Source of the DNA: Planctomycetota bacterium
GTDB lineage: Bacteria; Planctomycetota; UBA1135; UBA2386
Reading direction: 5' to 3'
NCBI GenBank assembly: GCA_965223545.1
Contig: OZ245006.1
Location: 6,880,001 to 6,944,000, forward strand
Length of the DNA: 64,000 nt
Shown here piece by piece: positions 56,415 to 64,000 of the stretch (the first letter of the stretch is position 1; each line of letters starts with the position of its first letter). The notes beneath the pieces were generated by a model, which had not been told where the DNA came from, did no database searches, and saw only the letters and a program-made list of their open reading frames with translations. The translations under genes were made by a program, and so were the position numbers.

Positions 56415-57479
56415 ATGGATATGCCTCTTCGCCAATCCCGCCCGCTGGTCGTTGCCGCGGCGCTGCTCCTTTGGGCCGCGGTGACGGCGCCGGCTTCGGC
56501 GCAGGCCTACTGCGCGTTGCGCGACCCGGCCCGTTTGATTCGTCAGCTGTTTCCCGCGTCCGACAGCTACCGGTCGATCGTGCGTTCGATCGGCGACGCG
56601 GACCGCGAGGCGATCGCGGGCGCGCTGCCGTTCACGCTCCACTTCAACGAGATCGGCCGGCACACGCTGTACGTCGCGGTGCGGGGAGAAGTGCCGGTCG
56701 GCCTGGTCCACGTCCGCTCCGAGGTCGGCGATTGGGGAATGGTCGAGATCGCCTGGGGGCTGACGGTCGATCTCGTCGTCACCGGGTTCGAGTTCCAGCG
56801 CTGCCGATCGCGCCATCGTCGGGCGTTGGAGTCGCCCGACATCTCCGCACGGTTGGCCGGCTTGGACGCCCGGGGATTGGCCCCCCTGTTGCGCGAAGAC
56901 GGAACGGGGTTGGCCGCCGGCGCGCTGCCGGTGCCGGGTGCGGCCGTTGGGCTGGCCGGGGATGTCGTGCGGTCGGCGCTGAAGACGATCGCGGTGACGC
57001 GACTGGTCTGGCGGGATGACCTCGAGACCTTGCAGGTGATGCACCACGTCCACCGCGCGTTCGCCGATGCGCGGCGGGTCGTGCGCGTCGATCCGGTGTG
57101 GACGGAGAGGGCGAAGCAGCGGGTCACCGACTACATGGGAGTCGGAACCGAGTGGCCGGCCGACCTGGAGAGCACGCGCCTGTACCGCGCCGAAGGAGAC
57201 GGTGGCCCGCTCGGCTTCCTGGTGAGGACGAGGTGTCTGCAGCGCGGCTCCGGAGCCAGCTTGTGGTGGCGCGTGAGCCTCGATGGCGTCATCCAAGGGG
57301 TCCATCGGGATGCCGGATGGCCGGACGAGGAGGTCGCGCGCACGTTCGCCGCCCTGCGCGGGTTCGGAGTCGCCAATCTGCACGACTGCGGCAGCGCGGT
57401 CGAAGTCTGCGCCGGCCAGATCGTCACCTTGATCGACGCGCATCGGCCTCGAGCAGCGGCGCCCGGTCGCGGCCGCTGA
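56415..57479 (+). CDS. Exported hypothetical protein, weakly FMN_bind-like, with several Cys
   Basis: Signal ..APASAQA; YCALRDP; tightly spaced between the porin and kinase genes. Confidence 0.65.
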   Translation: MDMPLRQSRPLVVAAALLLWAAVTAPASAQAYCALRDPARLIRQLFPASDSYRSIVRSIGDADREAIAGALPFTLHFNEIGRHTLYVAVRGEVPVGLVHVRSEVGDWGMVEIAWGLTVDLVVTGFEFQRCRSRHRRALESPDISARLAGLDARGLAPLLREDGTGLAAGALPVPGAAVGLAGDVVRSALKTIAVTRLVWRDDLETLQVMHHVHRAFADARRVVRVDPVWTERAKQRVTDYMGVGTEWPADLESTRLYRAEGDGGPLGFLVRTRCLQRGSGASLWWRVSLDGVIQGVHRDAGWPDEEVARTFAALRGFGVANLHDCGSAVEVCAGQIVTLIDAHRPRAAAPGRGR

Positions 57480-57489
57480 CCGTTCTGCG

Positions 57490-59076
57490 ATGCGGGTCGG
57501 CCTCTACACCGTGATCTTGCTCGGCGCGTGTGGCGTCGGCGCGATCATCGTGTGGGCCGGCCACGGCTGGTTGAGCCGAGATGCGGCGCACGCCACCCGG
57601 CAGGCCGCAGATCTACGCGCGTTGGCGGGCGATACCGATCGGCTGATCGATGCGTTCGAGCAGTGGGTCGTGCTGTGTGACTTGATTCTGGGTTCGGACC
57701 TGCCCTACCTGGGCGACGCCGAAGGTCGCGCCAGCGAGTTGGTGTCCGATCAGCTGCGCAAGCTGCAGGAGAGCACGGCGGCGGCGATGATCGACGCCGA
57801 CCTGGCTCTGATGGTCGGTTTTGCCGAGGCGCAACGTGGCCGGATGCGGCGCGCGCGTGCGATCGGGAACGAGGACCGTGAAGCGCAGTTGTGGGTGCTG
57901 CTCGACGAAGTGGACCGCGCGATCGGCCGCGTGCAGACGGCGGTCGAGAACATCCGCGCGCGGATCGTCGAGGCGCGCGCCGTGGCCGCCGACACGGTCG
58001 ACGCGGCGGTCGCGCGGCGATTGTGGTACGGCGTCGCCATGGCGATCGGCTATTTCGCCTACATGCTGTTGGTGTGGCGCTGGACGTCGCGGACGCTCAG
58101 CGCGCCGTTGCGTCAGCTTGCCGACGCGGCGCGCACCGCGAGCGCGAGCGACGCGCCCGCGCGTCTGGCGGCGCACGGCCCGACCGAGGTCGTCGAGTTG
58201 GCCCAGGCGTTCTCGCGCTTGGTCAGCGGGTTGGAGGCCCGAGTCTCCGACCGGACGCGACACCTCGAGGTGGCCAATCGCGACCTGGAGACGGCGCGCT
58301 GGGCGGCGGAGGCGGCCAACCAGGCAAAGAGCGCGTTCCTGGCCAACATGAGCCACGAGATGCGCACGCCGATGCACGCGGTGCTGTCGTTCGCGCAGAT
58401 CGGCAGCCGCAAGGCAGACTCGATCGAGCGCGACAAGCTGCGCGGCTTCTTCGACACGATCCGCAACAGCGCCGACAGCCTGCGCGCCATGCTCGACGAC
58501 TTGCTCGAGCTCGCCAAGCTCGAGTCGGGGCAGGCCACGCTGTCGCTCGGGCGCGTCAATCTCGGCGATCTGGTCGGCGCGACGGTGTCCGACTTCGCTC
58601 CTCGCGCCGAGCGCGAGGGACAGGTCGTCGAGCTGGTCGAGCGCTGCGACGTGCTGGCCGTGGTCGACGCCGACAAGATCGCACAGGTCTTGCGGCAGCT
58701 GTTGGGCAACGCGGTGCAGTACTCGGAGCCGGGCGCCCGCACCGAGGTGGTCATGATCGGCTGCGACGATTCCGTCGCGGTTGGTGTGCTCGACCGCGGC
58801 ATCGGCATCCCCGAAGCCGAGCTCGAGCACGTGTTCGACAAGTTCACCCTGTCGACGTCCACCGACACCGGTGCGGGTGGCAAGGGCATCGGGTTGTCGA
58901 TCGTGCGGCAGGTCGTGACGCGCCACGGTGGTGAGGCGTGGGCAGCTGCGCGGCGGGGCGGGGGAGTCGAGTTCTGGTTCGAGCTGCCGGTGTTCGAGAG
59001 TCCCGAGGCGTTCGTCGCCGCTCGGGGGGGCGGCGTCGTCGACTCCGCCGCGCAGCAAGAGACCGCGACCGGCTGA
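57490..59076 (+). CDS. Membrane sensor histidine kinase (2 TM, HAMP, HisKA, HATPase)
   Basis: AKSAFLANMSHEMRTPM; LLGNAVQY; DRGIGIP; GKGIGLSI. Confidence 0.95.
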   Translation: MRVGLYTVILLGACGVGAIIVWAGHGWLSRDAAHATRQAADLRALAGDTDRLIDAFEQWVVLCDLILGSDLPYLGDAEGRASELVSDQLRKLQESTAAAMIDADLALMVGFAEAQRGRMRRARAIGNEDREAQLWVLLDEVDRAIGRVQTAVENIRARIVEARAVAADTVDAAVARRLWYGVAMAIGYFAYMLLVWRWTSRTLSAPLRQLADAARTASASDAPARLAAHGPTEVVELAQAFSRLVSGLEARVSDRTRHLEVANRDLETARWAAEAANQAKSAFLANMSHEMRTPMHAVLSFAQIGSRKADSIERDKLRGFFDTIRNSADSLRAMLDDLLELAKLESGQATLSLGRVNLGDLVGATVSDFAPRAEREGQVVELVERCDVLAVVDADKIAQVLRQLLGNAVQYSEPGARTEVVMIGCDDSVAVGVLDRGIGIPEAELEHVFDKFTLSTSTDTGAGGKGIGLSIVRQVVTRHGGEAWAAARRGGGVEFWFELPVFESPEAFVAARGGGVVDSAAQQETATG

Positions 59077-59080
59077 AGAA

Positions 59081-59171
59081 CTCAGCGCGGCCGAGGCCGC
59101 AACCAAACACGGAGCATTCCGCGACCCGAGCGTCGGTCGCGGATCCCGCGGCCGCCGGCGGCCGCGCTGAG
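59081..59171 (-). repeat. 91-bp palindromic REP/MITE-like element, copy 3
   Basis: Same TIRs and core; with its extension it fills the convergent intergenic gap 59077-59253. Confidence 0.9.
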
Positions 59172-59253
59172 CCCAGAGGCACTGTCTCTCCGAGCCCGCC
59201 GGCCTTCGGAAGTGTTGTCGCCGCTCGAAGATTCTCGGCCCCGGACGCTCAAG

Positions 59254-60627
59254 TCAGCGTTCCAGCGGCAAGCCAGCCGCCGCCCAGGCGTTGGTACCGC
59301 CGGTCACGTTGTGCAGGTCGCGAAAACCGAGCCGCCGCAACAGCACCGTGGCGGCGCTCGAGCGATACCCCGAGCCGCAGATCACCGCCGTCGGTCGGTT
59401 TCGATCCAGAGCGGTGAGGTCCACGCCGCCGCGCGCCAGGGACGGCAATGGCGCCGGCGTCGCGCCGGGCGCGTGTCCGGCGGTGAACTCGCCCGCTCCG
59501 CGCACGTCGATCAGCTGCCAACCGTCCCGCAGCCGCTGGTCGAGCGCGGTCGGCTCGATCTGTGGCACGACCGCGTCCGCCCGGGCGCCCAGTTTGGCGG
59601 CGGGAGTCCAACCCGCGACGTCGTCGATGCCGACCCGGCCCAGGCGCATGCGGGCTTCCTCGGCCGCCTCGAGATCGGTCGCGACGATGGCGACCGGGCG
59701 ATCCAGGGGCAGCAGGCTGCCGCACCAGCTGGCGAACGAGCCGGTGAGGCCGATGTTGATCGAGTCGGGGAGGTGGCCCGCGCCGTACTGCGCTGCGCTG
59801 CGGACGTCGAGCACGCTCGCGTCGACCTGCCCGTCGCCGGCCAGCTCCGTCGGGTCGAGCTCGCGCAGCGCCGGCCGCTCGGCGTCGAGCCGCGGGCCGC
59901 GGCAGTTGAGCGTGGCGGCGTACGCGAAGTAGGCCGGCGCCGGGGCCAGGTCGGTGGTCATCGAGGCGACGAACTCCTCGCGCGCCTGCGGTTGGAGCGC
60001 GGGGTTGGCCAACCGCTGATGGCCGATGGTCGAGGAGGTCTCGTTGGAGATGTTGCGGCCGCACGCCGAGCCGGCCCCGTGCGCCGGAAACACTTCGATG
60101 CCGTCGTCGAGCGGCAGGATCTTGTCGCGCAGAGAGTCGTACATCATCCCCGCCATGTCTTCCTTGCTGTAGCCGAGCCCCATCGCCAGATCCGGCCGGC
60201 CGACGTCGCCGATGAACAGCGTGTCGCCGCTCAACAGCTTGGCCGGGATCTCGGGTGCGGAGGAGTCGCGCACCAAAAAGCACAGATCGCTCGGCGTGTG
60301 GCCGGGCGTTTCGAGGACCTCGATGGTGACGCTGCCGACCTCTAGCCGATCGCCGTCGCGCAGCGGCTCGAACGGAAAGCCCGCGTCCACGCGATGGCTC
60401 ATGGCGATGGCGGCCCCGGTGCGCGCCGCCAGCTCGCGGTGGCCGGCGACGAAGTCGGCGTGGATGTGGGTCAGCAGAATGCGCTCGATGCGCAGGCCGT
60501 TCTGCTCCGCGAGCTGCAGGTACTCGTCGACGTCGCGCCGCGGATCGACGACCGCCGCGCGCCCCTGCGAACCGATCAGGTAGGAAGCCTGCGCCAGGCA
60601 CGGGAGATAGATCTGTTGGAACAGCAT
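59254..60627 (-). CDS. MBL-fold hydrolase / persulfide dioxygenase fused to two rhodanese domains
   Basis: THIHADFVAG; TPGHT; SGDTLFIGDVGRPDL; PAHGAGSACG; CGSGYRS. Confidence 0.93.
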   Translation of the reverse strand: MLFQQIYLPCLAQASYLIGSQGRAAVVDPRRDVDEYLQLAEQNGLRIERILLTHIHADFVAGHRELAARTGAAIAMSHRVDAGFPFEPLRDGDRLEVGSVTIEVLETPGHTPSDLCFLVRDSSAPEIPAKLLSGDTLFIGDVGRPDLAMGLGYSKEDMAGMMYDSLRDKILPLDDGIEVFPAHGAGSACGRNISNETSSTIGHQRLANPALQPQAREEFVASMTTDLAPAPAYFAYAATLNCRGPRLDAERPALRELDPTELAGDGQVDASVLDVRSAAQYGAGHLPDSINIGLTGSFASWCGSLLPLDRPVAIVATDLEAAEEARMRLGRVGIDDVAGWTPAAKLGARADAVVPQIEPTALDQRLRDGWQLIDVRGAGEFTAGHAPGATPAPLPSLARGGVDLTALDRNRPTAVICGSGYRSSAATVLLRRLGFRDLHNVTGGTNAWAAAGLPLER

Positions 60628-60733
60628 GGCGGGATTCCTCGCCAGGATAGCCGAGCCCGGTCGGTGGTGACCATCTGCGGCCGATGCCATGGGCGCGGCA
60701 CTGTCCCAAGCGCCGTGGTCTATCGTCGGCGGC

Positions 60734-63664
60734 ATGCTGCTCGCTCGGTTCGCGTTCCTGTTCGGCCACCGCCCCTCGTCGTTTGCCGCTGTGCTGTTGT
60801 CGGTGATCCTGTCGGTGCCGTCTGCCGCGCAGAACTGGTGGCTGGGGGCGCGCCGGACGGTGCGCCCTGCCGACTACGGTGCGTTCGAGCGGCTCGGACC
60901 CCACTTGCTGAGCCCCGACGGCAACTTCTGTGTCTGGTCGATCGAGCGAGTGGACGGCGGCTCCGAGCTTCGCCTCGCCCGTGTTGGCGAGAACGGGCTG
61001 GTGGGCGAACGGCGGGTGTTCGCCCAGGGGGCGTCGCCCGTGTTCTCCGAGGATGGCGACTGGCTTGCGTTTCGCGTCCGTCCCACCGAGGCGGAGCGCG
61101 AAGCGGCAACCAAGGCCAAGCGGCCACCCCGTGCGGCCGTCGGGCTGTTCGATCTCTCGTCGGGGAAGCTGACCGAACGCGAGGGGGTCGAGCGCTTCAC
61201 GTTCGCGCCCGGGGGGCGTTACGTGCTGTTGGAGCAAGCGACCAAAGACCGCGGCGAGCGCGCGCGCGGCCGCACGCTGCTCCTGCGCGACTTGGGTACC
61301 GGGCTCGACACGGTGTTCGCCGACGTCGGCGAGCATGCGTGGCACGAGGAGCAGCCGCTGTTGGCGCTCGCGTGGGACACTGTCGACGACCTCGGCAACG
61401 GCATCGCGGTTTACGACCCCACCCGCCAGCGCCTGCGCACCCTGGACTCGAGCGAGACGACGTACCGGGCGTTGACGTGGCGGCGCGAAGCGGCGGACTT
61501 GGCCGTGCTGCGCCTGCTCAGCGCGGACGGCAAGGCCGAGAATGGAGACCCGGACCGAGCGGCGGACGATGGCGACGGTGCAGCGGAAGCCGAGTCCGCG
61601 CCGCCCGCTGGCGACGACGACGAAGACACTGCCCGGCACGCGGTGCTGGCGTGGCGCGGCCTCGACGGCGACGCGCCGCAGCGTTTCGAGGTGCATCCCG
61701 ACGACGTCGAGGGCTTTCCCGCCGGGCATCGCATCGCGCAGTACGAGGGTGTGCGTTGGTCGAAGGCCGGGGATGCGCTGTTCGTCGGAACCCAGCCGTT
61801 GCCGACCGACTACCAGCTGGCAAAGGCCGAGGCCGGCAGCTTGCGCGACACGCTCGAGGAGTCGGCGGGCGTCGAGGTCTGGCACGCGCGCGACATCGAC
61901 ATCCAACCGCGGCAGAAGGTCACGCACTCCGCAGACCGGCGCCGCAGTGCGCTGCTGGCCTGCTGGCTCGAAGAGGGGCGATCCGTGCCGCTCGGCGACG
62001 AGATCGGCGAGCAGGTCACGCTGATGCGGGGCGAGCGCCACGCGATTCTGCGGGACAACACCCCCTACGAGGAACAGAAGCGGTTTGGTCCCACGCTCTA
62101 CGACGCGTACCTGATCGACACGGCGAGTGGCGAGCGCCGGCGGATTCTCGAAGCCGTCAAGTTCGTGTTTCCCAGCGACCCGACCGGCGGGTTCTTCGCC
62201 TACCGGCGCGACGGTGCGCTGTGGGTCTACGACATCGCTGCCGATACGCACCGGGATTTGACGAGTGGGTTGGATGGCGATTTCGTCAACGACGAGCGCG
62301 GCCTGCTCACCGACGAGAACCGCGGCTTCGGCGTCGCCGGCTGGAGCCCCGACGGCAAGCGCGTGGTGGTGCACAGCCGCTACGACGTCTGGTCGGTGGC
62401 CACCGATGGGTCGGGCGGGCGGCGCCTGACGGAGGGCGCGGGGAGCGCTACGCGCTTTCGCGTCGTCACTCTCGATCCCGAGCAGCGACGGCTCGGCATC
62501 GTCGACGAGAGCGAGCCGCTCTGGTTGTCGGTGTACGGGGAGCGCACCAAGCAGTCGGGGTTCGCGCGGTTGTCGGAGTCAGGCGGTGTCGAAGAGCTCG
62601 TGCTCCGCGACGCCGCGCTGTCCCGGCTGGTGCGCGCCGAAGAGGCGCCGGTGTACGCCTTCAGCGCGCAGAAGTTCGACGATCCGCCCGACGTCTTCGT
62701 CGCCGGCGCCAGTTTCCAAGACGTTCACCAAGTATCGGCGACCAACGCCAATGCGGCGGGGTTCGCATGGGGGCGGGCCGAGCTCGTCGACTACGAGAGC
62801 ACGCACGGCGAGCGCCTGCAGGGTGCCCTCTACTATCCCGCCGACTACGATCCCGACCGCCGCTACCCGCTGATCACCTACATCTACGAGCTGCGCTCGC
62901 AGCAGCTCCACTCGTGGACCGCGCCGAGCGAGCGCAGCGCCTACAACCCGACGGTGTTCAGCCAGCGTGGCTACTTCGTCTTCCAGCCGGACATCGTGTA
63001 CCGACCGCAGAACCCGGGCCTGTCCGCGCTCGAGTGCGTCGTGCCCGCCGTCGAGGTCGTGGCCGCGCGCGACGACGTCGACGAGAGCAAGATCGGGTTG
63101 GTCGGCCATTCCTGGGGTGCCTACCAGACCGCGTTCTTGACGACGCACAGCGACGTGTTCGCCGCCGGTGTCGCCGGCGCGCCCTTGACCAACATGATCA
63201 GCATGTCGATGAGCGTGTATTGGAACACCGGGCAGACCGACGCCTGGATCTTCCACGAGAGCCAGGGTCGCATGGACCGGCCGTTCTGGCGCGACCTCGA
63301 CACCTACGTGCGCAACTCTCCGATCTTCGGCCTCGACCGCATGACCACCCCGCTGCTGGTGGCGTTCGGCGACGAGGATGGAGCCGTCGACTGGCAGCAG
63401 GGCGTGGAGTTCTACAACGCCGCCCGGCTGGCGCAGAAGCCGGTCGTCATGTTGGTCTACCCCGGCGAGAACCACAGCCTGCGCAAGAAGTCCAACCAAG
63501 TGGACTACCACCACCGCGTGCTCGAGTGGTTTGCCCACTACCTGAAGGGCGCGCCGGCCGCCACCTGGATCGTCGAGGGTCAGTCGCACGCCGATCGCCA
63601 GCGCGAGCTCGAGGCCCGCGAGAAGGCCGCCGCGAACAAGAAGCCGAAACGCAGCCGGTCTTGA
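60734..63664 (+). CDS. Secreted S9 family (prolyl oligopeptidase/acylaminoacyl) peptidase
   Basis: Beta-propeller then GHSWGAY, DEDGAVD, YPGENH catalytic triad. Confidence 0.93.
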   Translation: MLLARFAFLFGHRPSSFAAVLLSVILSVPSAAQNWWLGARRTVRPADYGAFERLGPHLLSPDGNFCVWSIERVDGGSELRLARVGENGLVGERRVFAQGASPVFSEDGDWLAFRVRPTEAEREAATKAKRPPRAAVGLFDLSSGKLTEREGVERFTFAPGGRYVLLEQATKDRGERARGRTLLLRDLGTGLDTVFADVGEHAWHEEQPLLALAWDTVDDLGNGIAVYDPTRQRLRTLDSSETTYRALTWRREAADLAVLRLLSADGKAENGDPDRAADDGDGAAEAESAPPAGDDDEDTARHAVLAWRGLDGDAPQRFEVHPDDVEGFPAGHRIAQYEGVRWSKAGDALFVGTQPLPTDYQLAKAEAGSLRDTLEESAGVEVWHARDIDIQPRQKVTHSADRRRSALLACWLEEGRSVPLGDEIGEQVTLMRGERHAILRDNTPYEEQKRFGPTLYDAYLIDTASGERRRILEAVKFVFPSDPTGGFFAYRRDGALWVYDIAADTHRDLTSGLDGDFVNDERGLLTDENRGFGVAGWSPDGKRVVVHSRYDVWSVATDGSGGRRLTEGAGSATRFRVVTLDPEQRRLGIVDESEPLWLSVYGERTKQSGFARLSESGGVEELVLRDAALSRLVRAEEAPVYAFSAQKFDDPPDVFVAGASFQDVHQVSATNANAAGFAWGRAELVDYESTHGERLQGALYYPADYDPDRRYPLITYIYELRSQQLHSWTAPSERSAYNPTVFSQRGYFVFQPDIVYRPQNPGLSALECVVPAVEVVAARDDVDESKIGLVGHSWGAYQTAFLTTHSDVFAAGVAGAPLTNMISMSMSVYWNTGQTDAWIFHESQGRMDRPFWRDLDTYVRNSPIFGLDRMTTPLLVAFGDEDGAVDWQQGVEFYNAARLAQKPVVMLVYPGENHSLRKKSNQVDYHHRVLEWFAHYLKGAPAATWIVEGQSHADRQRELEAREKAAANKKPKRSRS

Positions 63665-63737
63665 CAGGTCGGTGCGCGAGGCGCCAGTGGCGGGGCGAAT
63701 GACTTTTTCAACGGCCTGTTAATGCGACGATGATCGC

Positions 63738-64000
63738 ATGGCTTTCGGTGCAGATGTCCTCGAGCCGCGCATGGCGCGCATTCCGGTCTACGCAACGATG
63801 GGCATGGCGGTCACTCGCTGGGGCGACGGTGAGCTGACCGCGACCGTGCCGCGCCCGGCGGCGTTCGACGGCGTCTTCGAGTCGTTTCACGGCGGCATGC
63901 TGCTGACCGCCGCGGACTCGCTGGCCTGCGCCTGCATCATGACGGTGACCGGCCCCGACCAGGTGATGACCACCACCGACATGAACATCCGCTTCCTGCG
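63738..64000 (+). CDS. PaaI/hotdog-fold thioesterase, partial
   Basis: My translation ..DGVFESFHGGMLLTAADSLAC..TTTDMNIRFL; runs off the window end. Confidence 0.85.
   Translation, partial: MAFGADVLEPRMARIPVYATMGMAVTRWGDGELTATVPRPAAFDGVFESFHGGMLLTAADSLACACIMTVTGPDQVMTTTDMNIRFL

Noticed and set aside
63680..63710. Intrinsic terminator after the S9 peptidase
   Set aside because: The stem is short and separated from the T-run

Overview
High-GC bacterial chromosome segment, probably Planctomycetota (inferred from the FG-GAP and ELWxxDGT surface proteins, an ECF sigma factor with a long C-terminal extension, a YdjY-like protein and a cytochrome b-c fusion). It contains two tRNAs (Arg-CCT, Ser-TGA), about 35 plausible CDSs and several decayed genes at 1.7-2.2 and 12.8-15.3 kb. 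An AT-richer island downstream of tRNA-Ser (~29.6-38.2 kb) holds three complete IS elements (IS630, IS1634, ISKra4/ISLre2-like) whose ends and target duplications are readable; two of them split reconstructable genes. Best novelty candidates: (1) a compact operon of a deaminase-type amidohydrolase, a signal-less S41 protease and a UDG-superfamily fusion protein (7318-11793), a possible undescribed nucleic-acid conflict/defence system; (2) a 91-bp palindromic element with 13-bp terminal inverted repeats in three copies; (3) a shared C-terminal domain on five secreted proteins, a candidate sorting signal. No CRISPR array or rRNA was seen. All family calls are by motif recognition; no searches were run.
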